Shown here piece by piece: positions 12,464 to 25,300 of a DNA stretch of 64,000 bases. Source of the stretch: Takakia lepidozioides (taxonomy: Eukaryota > Plantae > Bryophyta); NCBI GenBank assembly GCA_030704615.1, contig CM060731.1:77500001-77564000 (forward strand). The letters are read 5' to 3'. The translations under genes were made by a program, and so were the position numbers. The notes below the pieces were generated by a model, which was not told the origin of the DNA, made no database searches, and saw only the letters and a list, made by a program, of their open reading frames with translations. Position 1 is the first letter of the stretch. Each line of letters starts with the position of its first letter.

Positions 12464-14089
12464 CTGAAAGAAAACATCCAGAATTGTTAATAGCAATCGT
12501 TAACATGCAAGCAAAAACGGGGGAGCCGCGTTTCTGGGAAACAGTTGAGCTCACCACCTCAAGGGATTTCCAGGATTTAACCTACTGCTTATGAGTATAC
12601 AAGGAAAACAAGCAGTTAGTCGCGTAATGGCACACCCTAAACGTCTAAGTAAAATTTTTTCTTAAAATATTATATTGAAATAAGACAATCACACATTCAA
12701 ACTATATTTTAAATTGCATAAGAGAAAATTGTGAGCAGTCGCTCCCAGGTTTCCTTTAAAAAAAAAAAGAGAGAAAACATTATTTATTTTTTTATTTATA
12801 AACCAGGGAAAGGCGGCCCTGTCAGAACTTTATTGATGAAAGTTAAATTATTGATGTATGATATATATATATATATATATTGAGGAACAGGGACGGACCC
12901 TTGAGAACTTTATTAAATGATTATTTAAGGGAAAACAATTAAAACCCTTTAAATGCCCTCAGGCTGCCATAAGGCATAACACACGGAGGACCGTGCAGGA
13001 TAGGTCCGGGACCATAACCGAGAGAGGACTCTGGAATGAACTGCATTTAGAACCCACAGGGACTCGATGCATTTTCTAAAACCTAGAAGACCTTGGTAAG
13101 ATCCGCCAGAAACCATTATCCGTAACGGAGGTAGGACTGGATCTATGATAGTGGACAGAACTGAGAACAGGGAAGCAGAAGGATGGTGAGGGTGCATGGA
13201 GGAGGCTGGGAGAGCAGGAGAATAGCAGGGCGAATCTGATTGCTAATTGCCTGCCCTGGAGAGAGCCAAGAGTCTAGCTGTGGAAATGAAGACGAGTTGC
13301 TGAACCTGCTCTAATATGCCTCCAATTAATCTCTGTTCTGTCAAATTCTGGGGAGGCTGAAGAGGTAACTCCTACTTCCTTGCTAGCAGGAGGGGATTGA
13401 ATCTGCCCAAAGACGGGTGAGGCCAACAACTTTGCAAATGAGTCCGTGCTTGATGATATTACAAAACTGATCTTCAGATTTACTAATTATTAAAATATTG
13501 AGATGCTTGTTGAAATATTAACTGAAATGTTGAAATACTTGTTAAAGAACTAGTAAAATATAAAATTCTTGCTGGCTGAAATACTGGAATACTCGCTGAA
13601 AAACTGGCTGAAATACTGAAATACCACCTGAGCCTTATACACATATGCTGCAAGAGATAGTCCAAATGCTACCTCTAAGAGGATTCACAAGTTCACTTGA
13701 TAGCCCAAAGGCAGTGGATACTTTGCTGGAATTTCATGATAGATTGCAAGGCAGGGAGCGTTCCCATCTCAAGATATAAGAATACCTTAAAGTAACGGAA
13801 GAAGGCTGTCTTCACAAGTTTTTGGAGAAGTGGGTGAAGGAACATGACCAACTTAAGTTCGTACATGACCAACTTACATTGATACATGAGCCGTTTTAAA
13901 TCCTCATGAATGTTGCTCCTCATCCATGTCATTCATCCGTTTGGGAAGTGGGGATCGCTACCCAATATCCAGCGGTTCACATTTATCCTTGTTTTCCCAC
14001 TAGCTCCCTTTCCCGTGCTATGTTGAGATCGGGGAGAGGTTCCCATGCTTAAAGTAACAAGTTGTAGCGCTTGATTGCTTTGAGAGTCG

Positions 14090-14619
14090 TCTATTGGTGA
14101 GACTTCCAGTACAAATAGACATATTTGCTGAGTCAAAAAGACATCGATCTTGAATCATTCTTGGCGTTGAAGACTATTCGTTGAGTTCTAAATCATGCCT
14201 CCATACCATGTAGCCTCTAGGGTACTGTCCGCAAACCAAAAGCTGAGTTCCTATAACTGCTGACTCCTTGTCAGAAACTTCAAAAGTATAATCCATAGGA
14301 TAGCCTGACAGACAACGCCAACGTGTACTAACGGAATCAAACGCCCACCACTTCCGTGCACATGAGAGGCTGTACATTGTGTGCAGATCAGCCAACATGT
14401 AACCCATTCCTCTTTGATCTCTACCCGTTTGTGAGTCTCAAGGACATCGTTGCGGCCTTCGTCATCAACCACCGCTAGCGTATTCTGCCATTTCTTATAA
14501 CCACCTTTCAAGGGTAAATAATAAGAGCGAGGCACCCGTGCAACGCATTCTAGTATCACATGGTTTGTTAATCCCGGAATCAAGGAGTTGTCCTTCGACT
14601 GGTCCTCCGGCTCTGCCAT
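14090..14619 (-). pseudogene. F-box/kelch-repeat gene remnant
   Basis: F-box LIPGL...LECVARVPRS, then a frameshift into WWAFDS..RWRCL...SDKESAVIGTQLLVCG, an in-frame stop, and MIQDRCLF (kelch). Confidence 0.8.
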
Positions 14620-16158
14620 TGCTAGAATTCCATTTTATTTATAATTTCATACTATAATTTTGTACTCAACTCAATAAAATATACACTAATGTACATGATA
14701 GATGTTGTTTTAACTAGAATAAAAAAAGATGATCGACAATGCGCTCTTGCGCACCGCAAAAAGAATCCTCTTGGCAATCTCTTCCGCATGCAACTCTTGC
14801 AAAAGTTTCCCTGCCCAAGCTCCTTGGAGCTGTTGTTCCACTTTTCGTTTCTGTTCTCTTTTCTGGGTTGCCGTCGTTACCACCTTTGTAGCCTCCTCCG
14901 CAGCCTCAGCCTCAAATTGAGCGACCCAATGGTCCGAGGGAGTATCTAACACAATCTCTTCTCTCGCCCAAGGTGCACTTGAATCAAAAGAGGCATACTT
15001 ATAGATATCTTCACTTAAACGGGCACGCAAGTCATGCATAAACGTCAATTCAAAGTTTAGCTCAGGTGTGACTTCTGGAAGCACCGTTTGAGAGCTAGAA
15101 GGAGCGGCCATGGCGTGCAGCACAAACACAACCTGTGAGCTCACGTAGAATAGAGACAATTTGCAGCAAACAGCGAGCCCGGGGCAGTGCCATGGTGCCT
15201 GTCCTTCGTACCTGTACCCTGATTCTCCTGCCAAAATAGTTACAACAATGATCAAACCTCATCCATTATGAATTCTCGCAATGCCCCCCATCTCCACCAT
15301 GATTCCGGGGCCGTGCGATTATTCCTCGCTTTTACCTATACTAGGGTTATATGCTCTATAGGGCAACGCTTGCTAGATAGGGAAGAAACTGTTCAAGTAT
15401 CACACGCTGTCACTACTTTTCATCCAACCACATGCAATCTTTCTCACAACCAGCTCGTACAACTCATGAGATCCAAAATCAACCAACCAGCTCTCTAGGG
15501 TTATGCCAAGGGCCCCTGAGAGACCCAGGGTTCCGTTTAAATAGAGGTGCCAATCGGCTAATCACGAATACAAGTGTTTGTGCTGCCATTGGCCAGCCAG
15601 ATTACGAACTACTGCCATCACACATAAGTGGCCACATAGGATGACCCTGATCCTAAACTAGCTGTTAACTAAAAGACAAGCTTAACTTAATATGGCTTAG
15701 CTGTGACAGCTCAGGCTAGCGTAGAAATATCATAGCTCATCCAGCTCCATCCGCAGATCATTCATCCAGATCATTCATCCAGTCCAAAAGCAAGGTGGGG
15801 AGGAATCCAACCTTCACACCCCTGTTAACTTAATTAAAATAAAAATAAAAAATCCAACCGATTGTTGGTTGGAGATTTATAAGACCTGTTTGCCTGGTGG
15901 CTCTATATGAAAGGTAGTTACTTTTCCACTCCCATTCCAAGGTTCACTCAAAAGCAAGGAAAAGAATATGGGATCACTTTCAATCTAAATTTAAGGTTCA
16001 ATTTGTTTTTGAAAAGCCATGAAGTTAGTCTTTCATAATTCCAAGAACTTCACCTCTGACAATGAAATTCGAATAATCGGCATTCCTTTGAGGGACAAGT
16101 AAAAACCGTCCGAAGGCACATGAAGGCAGATACTGATTTTTTTGAAGCTCCATCCTCA

Positions 16159-16398
<240 letters not shown>

Positions 16399-16906
16399 TT
16401 AACATGTTATCGCCAATACTAACCAGCCCACCTGAGGATCCCATAGCAAACCTCTGAAGAGAGAGATGTTTCATGGTGCCAGAGATGGTCTGGGTGATGA
16501 CCAGTCTAGTTGTATAGAAATACCAAAAGATGGGACCCGCTCTAGGACTGATTGGTTTTCTATAATAGAAAATAAAAATATTTTCAATCCATAAACATAG
16601 AAAGAACATAATGAAAATTTATTATAAGATATCTGAGAATTATCTAGGCATGCAAGGAGAGGATGCGGAGGGGCAAGGGTGGTGGCAGACAGGTGATGGG
16701 CAGGTGGGGGTGATTCAAAGACAGAAAAGCGAAGAATGGAGAGCGAGAAAGCAACCATATACCAACAAATCCTTCGGACAACAAGAGGAGGAGAAGTAAC
16801 TAATCCAACTCCCATGGTACAAGCGTAAAACTCAATTGGCAATGCAGGAACGACGAGTCAGGAACTCCGTAATCCTCCTTAACTCTCAACCCAACAAGAT
16901 GCAATT

Positions 16907-18456
16907 ATGGCATTGAGACAGGAAACTATGGCAGGAAAGCAAGAGGAGGAAGTAGAAAAACAAGAAGAGGACGTATACTTGGTAGGAAAACCAGAGGAGG
17001 AGATATCTAACTTAGTGAGACAAGAGTATGAGTCTGTGACAGTGAAAGAAGAGAAGACAGCTGCATTAGTGAAAGCACATGAATTAACGGAGGACAATTT
17101 TGGTTTACCAAAATCTAATGTCTGTAAGGACCAAGGCAACTCTTCTCCAAAAGAAGAAACTAGAAATTGCCATTGCGGATGTCTAAGCTACCTAACCAAG
17201 GTGACAAAGCCCAATCACAACAATGGCAAACTGTTTTTTGGTTGCGGGGCATGGACACCCTCGAGGGTCGGAGATGTGGCTTTTTTGAGTGGTATGATGA
17301 GGAACAGATGCACAGGAATGAGAAGGTACCGAAACAAGAGGAGGAGGTTATCATGGCAGTAAATAGAAATGGGGAGGCACTGAAACAAGAGGAGGTCATC
17401 ATGGGAGTGAAACAAGAGGAGGTGCCTATCTTAATGAAACAAGAGGAGGTCATCATGGGAGTGAAAGAAGAGGGGTTGCCTATCTTAATGAAACAAGAGG
17501 AGGTAATTATGGGAGTAAAACACGAGGAAGTGCCTACGTTAATGAAACACGAGGAGGAGAATGGTTCTTCTGGTGCTGGTTCCTTATCAAAGGCTTTACC
17601 AACGTCTAATGGCCAAGAGAACTCTGATTTGAAAGAAGAAATCAGAATTTGCTACTGTGGATGTGTAAGCCATCTCACCAGGGTGACAAAACTCAACTAC
17701 AACCATGGCAGAATGTTTTTTGGTTGTGGGGCATGGACACCCTCTGCAGGACGAAAATGTGAGTTTTTTGAGTGGTATGATGAAGATGAAGGGCACATGA
17801 ATGGGCAGGGGAAGACAATGGGCATGGAAACAGAATATCTCCTCAAACTTCAATTGAATATGGAAAGTAGTGATAGCCTGAAAAGAAAGCATAGGAAAGA
17901 AGTCACCCAGGAGGAGGAAGATCATTCAGTGGAGATGGGTTGCAAAAGAATGCATGTGGCAGAAGACTCCACAGAAGACTCCACAGAAGACTCCACAAGG
18001 ATATGTTATTGTGGAGCAGTGTCTTACAAAACTAGGGTCACAAAGGCTAGTTGTAACAACGGCAGGATTTTTTATGGATGTGGCCGGTGGACACCTGAGG
18101 GGAGGAAATGTCAATTTTTCGAATGGCATCCAGATCATTATAGTGCCCCAAGGGTATGGGATAATTTTGTAATTAGCACCATCGCAGCAAATTATGCCCT
18201 TCAAGCTATGAGAAAGAATCTGTTTGATTTCGATGAAGAGGATGAAGAGCAAGGACCCTATTCGGATGAAGAGGCTGGATCCTGCGGAGTCGAAGAGGAG
18301 CTCTCTGATTACAATGAAGAGGATGGAGAGGATGGCCCTGATTCCACTGAAGAGGATGGCTGCAGTGGAGTTGAAGAGGCTGGGTCTGACTTCAATGAAG
18401 AGGATAAATCCAGCAGAGTTCAAGATGATGGACTCAGCCAGAACAATTCTGTGTAA
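16907..18456 (+). CDS. Protein with three GRF-type zinc fingers, KQEE repeats and an acidic tail; 1-nt frameshift at 17263
   Basis: Three copies of CxCG...N.G(R/K)xFxGC...CxFFEW. ORFs 16907-17362 and 17167-18456 join if one G is added at 17263 (~516 aa). Confidence 0.75.
17380..17560 (+). repeat. Coding tandem repeat (54-nt period, KQEEVIMGVKQEEVPILM, ~3 copies)
   Basis: Directly visible in the DNA and the translation. Confidence 0.85.
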
Positions 18457-19314
18457 ATGAGCAAAAATTCTCTCTGCATAAACAGGTATCATGAATTCTT
18501 CTAGTACAAGTGAAGGAATCCTGGCGGGGGGAAAGAGAGGGCAGCTCATGTGAACCCAGTGGGTCTTCCTGATCATGCAATGCATTTATGGCATCTGATG
18601 CAAACTGCTAGGTGATGCCTGTATCCACCACTGCATCGAGGACAGAACAAGATCTTCAGCTGAACATGATGCAATGCCATGCAGGATGTCAAGGCTTCTA
18701 CTTTCTCTTTCAAACAGTAGCACATGTAAATATATTCAAGAATCTTTTTGACAGGAGCTGGACCTTGATCTTAGAATGTCTATAGCTCATACTTTTGCTC
18801 ATACTTTTGTCTATAGCTAATACTTTAGCTAATACGTGGTCAGCACACTTTTTTAAGCATACATTGCTTGACTTATAACTGTCAATGTACATAAAAATCA
18901 TCTTTGGCTCTTGAGCACTCTTGAGTTGACATTGAAATGTCTCTCTTGTATGTATGGCTCTTCATAGCATCTGCTCTTCTTGGTGTGTGATGTGTCATCC
19001 ATTTTGATGTATAAGCAAAAAGGTTGGTGAACATGTTAGATGATTATGAACCATGAAGAGCAAGATGTCACAGGTCAGCCTCTTTCATTAGTAGTATCAG
19101 GCAAGAGGCTAACTGGTGACCAGTAAGGGTACTTGATACAGATGAGTGAATGGCAGATCAAATTGGAGAAACGTTGTGTTGGTGGACAGCAGCCTCCCTC
19201 TGTTGATCATTGATAGTGTCAGTGGATCTATTATGGTCTACTCTTGTTTACCCCAATACACTCAAGCCTGCTTCCTTAGATGATGTACCACCAGATGCAG
19301 AAGGACTCACAAGA

Positions 19315-22300
19315 TCATTCCGGAGTGGGCTTGGGCATGGAAGCTATAAGTCCCTCTGCTGACAGTTGCATTTCAATGGCCTTCTTCAGGAGGTGGGTCT
19401 GGGCTCCCTTGATGATGGAAGAGGCTGCATGCATGGGATAAGGGCCAAGAGAAGCACGTGCACATCGGATAAGCTGTTGTGGTTTTGCTGATGCGATTGC
19501 CTCTGCTGTCTTGTACCCTGCATTGTAGCTGAGTATGGTCTTCTTGGTGTCAGCCTCAGTTTTTAGGAGGCTGTGATTAACAAATGAAGTGACACTGCAG
19601 ATCTGTGACATAATTTGTTCAAGAGCGACCCTGGAAACTTAGCAAACTACGGGGCTCATTATGATGCCACCCCAAACCCATGCACATTTTCTCCACATAG
19701 GTGGCTAATACCTCTGTATACATCATGACTACTGGCACATCTTGTTTAAGAGTCAGGTCCTTCTGGGCAGGTGGTAGTCATGATGAGACGTGAATGGCTT
19801 AAGCTCAATAACATCTAACTCAAGCAGACAGGTTTTATACGGGCAACCGAATCTGTCACTGATGAGTTGAAGCTTACAGCATTCGTGCTCGTGATGCTCC
19901 TATGTGTGGGAGCTCAACCAGAGGAATGATTTCCTGTCTAACTCCAAGTCCTGTGCAACAAAAGAATCCATCTGGTTAGCTGGAGGACTCCACCTTTGAT
20001 TATTGGGCAATGTAAAGAAATGGCCACTGAGCTCTTAAACTATTCTATATGCTTAGGAAGGTGTCTGGTTTTCCATCATAACTCAGGCAGCAGGCTGATG
20101 GATCTTCCTGCTGGTTATGGATGTTTATTCCTCAAGGTAAGAACTTTTATGAAGAGAATATTTTCTGGGAAGACAAAATGTTGTTGAGGTTGATGGCTAA
20201 CCCAGGCGGGTGATATATTTGCTGATGACCAGTTCTAGTGCCCACCAGCCCATTCGAGAGCAGAAGCCCACTGTGGAGTATGCAAAATATGAAGCTGCCA
20301 TGCTTGGGGTACTATGGTCAGTACCTAACTAGTACGACCTTGCCTAAACACTCCAGGGTCTTCGAAGGCTTTCTACCTCCTGAATTAGAGACGTATATCT
20401 GGTAATCCAATTTCACATTGATTAGGACAGACAAGAACAATATGATGAGACAGTTGACCTCTACCCAGCTCTGCTTCAGACCCTACATTAGTCAGCAGCT
20501 ATTGCACACTAGGATTGCTATCTTATGTGCAGGAAAGCTCACTGTAAGATGATGGAATTAGGTATGCTTATGAAAATGTCATCGTAGCAACCAGGAGTTA
20601 GATTAAATTGAGGTTGTAGAATCAGTAAACTAGGAACTGATAGTTCTAGCCTGCAGAATTGCTGTGGAGAGAACATACCGCTTGTCATGAGGCTCTGGAC
20701 ATTTCCTGATGTTGTATTATATTTAGCAGCTAGAGAAGGAAGGGTGATTTCATGGATAGCATCGTGTAATATCAGCGCACACCAAAATCGCCTCGCAGTT
20801 AGCTCTGTGTGCTTTGAAGGTGATCCGGACAAAGTCCTACCTGTAGCTGTGTAGAAATGGAAAGTTGTACTTGTGAATTGATCTGCACACTTCTGCAATC
20901 AAAGAACTGTTGTTTGACAGCAATTTGCAAGAGACTGAATAAGGCACACTTACATACCCAGTGGTTCAGCACTAGAGCCAATGTGCCTGAGCATTTATGA
21001 ACCACCCACTCAAGGTCCTCGACTCTTATTCTGCACCTACTGCGGACCTCCTTGGGACATTGGAAAACACTGCAGAAAGAATTTGCTTAGAAGCTTAAAA
21101 AATGAATATGTTGGACCTTACCCTTGTGTGCCAAGAAGCTTTCAGTCAATCCCACTGCTTTGGCCACTTGTAGTTGGCAGGGTGAGAGCTGGTGAAACAT
21201 CTTGTAGTATCTGCTTTCAACTCAGACTAAACAATGCTTTTGACGAGATCCAGGAATATGCTGGGCCTTTACCTTCTAATCACGACATTGAGAATCTGCT
21301 GCAGGGTAGCTATAAGGGGCCCATGGATACCATCGGCAGTCACATGAATTGGCTCTATGAAAAGGATATGCTGGAATGGACAAACAAGCAATCTTCCCTC
21401 TTATGTTGTATTGAGTTCACACCATGAAAATCACCGCCAAAAAAAGTGCAGGTTTCAATGCTATCTCCCCGAGTCTTGTACCTCAGAATTTGAGCAATAA
21501 AATGGGATGAACATAATTAAGGGATACAAATTCCAGTCTGGATATGGAAGGCCCGTGATGGGAGCTGTCAGAAAAACCAAATGCTGCAAACAACAGAAGT
21601 GGGATGTCTTAGTCATGTGACAGTCTGATCATGTAGTATGTCTGGAACTCATCCTTGTGAATGCAAGGACTCCGGACTTACAAGTTCATCGGCAAGGACA
21701 AGGTGGTGTTGGGCTTTGAGTAGCTGAGCTTCCACTTCAACTGCATCCTGGACAAATATGGTCAGAATCTCTTAGGGCGTGAATGGTCTTGAAGGTATCA
21801 ATTAATTCCAAAAAGTATTGGAAGAAATCTGAAGTAATACCCAATGTATATATGTCAACATTGACAGGAAGTGTACAGTTACCTCAATTGCAAAAGCCGT
21901 CTTGAATGTTGCGAGTCCAAGGGATAGTGCCAGAAAACATGGGGAATTATTGTCTCCTCTCTTGGTCTCTACAAATTTGTTCTTTTGCAGGTAATCTAGT
22001 GCCATCTTCTGTCGTGTCCACAAGGTATCTTTGTCTACCTGTATTGCAAGAAATGACCTTGACAGACACTCCTCCATTTGCTGTGTCTGCAAATCAGATA
22101 GCAGGAATAAGAAAATTGATTGTTTAGGTTGCAGGGTAGCTTTGGTGAATGGTCAGAGATGTGGCACTACGTACCGTTGTAGCAAGTTTGCAGCATATCA
22201 AGTCTAGGCACAAACGGATGAGTCCATTCTGGTCCTTGTACAGGGATGATTCGCACTTCTCAAGAGGTTCGTTCATTAGCTTTATTGCCAGCTGTTGTTG

Positions 22301-25300
22301 ACTCTCTCTCACAACAAGATAGGTCTCACCATAAGGGTCAAGTCCTGCCTGTAAATGAAAACCAGAATAAATTTTATCAGTCGATGAATCAGGTAGTCGA
22401 TATAGAAGTTTGCTACAATCCAAAATTGTATCCAGTGGACGGTCTTGGCAAAGTGTGCTTAAGAAAAACATAAACATGTTTCATATTTTTTTTTAACAAA
22501 AGCAACCACGCACCCTTCCTGCCCTGCCAATCATTTGCCTGTATCCAGAGCTGTGCATCACCTCGCTCCCAATCATTGCTCCTTTTAAAATAACCCTTCT
22601 TGCAGGAAGGTTGACTCCTGTAATACCATTCCCGCAATCCCCACAATATAAAGGTACAGCTCCTGATGGTAATTTTATTTGCCAGAGCTGGACATGCAAT
22701 GAAAACATTGCACTACAAGAAAACATTACCTACTCTTGTAAATACTGGAATATTTGCAAACATACTTACCGGCAGCCAATGTTGAGGTTGCACAAAGAGT
22801 TTGAATAACCCGGGACTTGAAAGCTTTTTCAACAATTGATCTTTCCTCCATTGTCAAGCCTGAAAGGCTCAGGGTCTGGCGTCACAATCTAGCACAGGTA
22901 CTTCAGGTTTACTCCATATGTACAATTCAGGATGTGTACATACCTCCATTGTGGTATGCAATACCAGACATTATAACCCTGCAAAGCAGTTCAGCTCAGA
23001 GTTAAATCCGCCTATGTTCCAAAATTAATGTTAACTTGCCCTGGCATTATGTGATACTCTGCAGTACCTTTGCAGGTCGCTGTTGTAGTTGTGAATGGCT
23101 TGCAGCTCCTTAATTATTGCAAACCTTTGTGCATATAACTGCCAGAGTGCTAGATCACAAACCAGGAAGTGAGTCAGATTATTCTCAGCTGAAAAATAGC
23201 TTTCTCTAGAACATGTTTTCATCCCAGGGACATTGAAATGGTGCTAGCATGCAATCCTCAAAACAAATTTCAAGTAAAATTGTCAATCGCCAACCTTGAG
23301 AAAATCACATCCTGACAAAGTTGTAGCTGTAATCCTGTTCTGCACGTAGTAATAATGTGAAACTGGAGTTCAACATAGTGGGGAGAGAGAAGAAAAGAAG
23401 CTTATTCAGTCCACGGGATAGATAGAGGTAGAATGGGGGCATGAAAAAGGATTTAGAGACTAAGAACACAGAAAGAGATTGGGAGAGACAGTTGCTTCTT
23501 CAAGCTGGCCAGTCTTTTGCACATAATCAGCCAGCTGAATGGCAAGCAGTTGCGTGGATCTGCGAGTTGGGCAGAAGATGAGCGTTGATATTGATTTATC
23601 CTGCATAGATAATCAGGCACTGGGACTTATGGGCAGTAGATGGTTTGCTAACTACTGGTAAGCCATGGAAGGAAGAGGCTCCAACTATTCTGTGACAGGT
23701 CCAAACGAATGCTAGCAGAAATTACCATGGAGATATAGAAAGAGCAGTCCTTGTCTGCACTAGCTGGTCCACTACAAGCTGAAATATGGTCTTGTAGACA
23801 TTTTGCATTTGCAGAACCTGCAAAATGGCCAACTGCAGGAGTGCTCAAATGCTTCTTGTATTTTCAAGGAGTAAAGACTGAAGCATATTTCACTATGATG
23901 AGCACTCTGATGTATGGGTTCAGCCAGTTTGTTGACTTCCTATGATCACAGTCACTGCTATTGAGTGCATTCTGTGGTGCTTTTCACAAATCCTGACCTA
24001 GATTTGTAATGCCAACAACCACTAGGAACGGACTAAAAATCTTCATCAAGAGTACAATATCTTTGATATACTCTATCATTCCTCCCCCGTGGACCCTCAT
24101 GAGATGTTGACGATGGCCACCTTTTGATACGATAACAGGACGCCCTTCAATCTGGGGATGGCCATGAGGATAAACACAAGAGAGGAGAATACCATGTCAT
24201 TACAAGATATTGTTGTGCTCAGAGCACTGTAACTTACAGTCACTTACATAGAGATATTGTATGATCACAAAATAAAAGAGTAGTGGAAGGTATCCCAGGA
24301 AAGGTAAATGAAACCAGGAACATGTCTAAAAGGAATTTTGAGGTTGCGTGGGAAAAGTAATGTCAGAGGAAGTTCAAGTTTGCCAACTCCGTACCTTGAT
24401 GTGCTCGTGCAAAGGTATGGGCCGTTCAGTTGACACATGATAATTTGCACCAAGCCATAACACGAGATCCTCATAATTTGGTATGGTTGCAGACATGCCT
24501 GTACAAATTATGACACTAACCACGTCATTAGAGTGCTGGCAAAAATTGTCACTGGAAACTCTGTACATCAATGTATGAAAATTGCCTTACCCACGATTTG
24601 GACATGATGAGAAGGAAAACCATCTGGGCTACAGCTATTGCAACAGTGGATTTTTGTCAAGGCTGCCTCCAATATTGCACCTGCCATCAACAGGACTGTG
24701 ATGTCAGCATTTCAATGGGACAGAAATTTATAGATATTTCACTGAAGAGCAACCAAACAGCGTCAGAGTGGTCGCATCAATGCAAACCTCTCAAGAAAGT
24801 AGGTCTCACATACCTCGATCCTCAGCTGCAATCAAGTGAAGCTCATCCACCACAATAAGCCCCAGCTCTTCAAGGCGATTGTCCTCAAGCATATGGTTGA
24901 CTACATTGTTAGCCTGCAACAGAAAATGGCCATTAGAGACTAACTCCCTTGATATGCACTTTGACTCAAGCCCTGAACTCAAATTTTGTGGCAATGCCAA
25001 AACTAGGAAACACATTCCACAGAGGATCAAAACACTGAGCAATATAAACAGACTGTACCTACCACTCCAATATTTAAAATTTCTCCGATCATAGGTCCAA
25101 TCAACAGCTGGTGCATGTGAGTATTCATTTCTTTGGGAAGTTATAGTGGAGCCGTGCCCTGAAAAAGTGACAGTTGTTGCATAATGTCGATTGGCTTGCT
25201 TGTGACCACAGTTGAGAGGAGTTAGGTACATGTTTGAAGTGCTCATTGGTTCTAGAGTGTAGAACACTGACCTTCTCAATAGTGCACAAACATAGAAGCG

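Noticed and set aside
22711-22722. cactacaagaaa, matching a CACTA terminus
   Set aside because: It sits in a short helicase intron with no partner TIR or subterminal repeats; likely chance.
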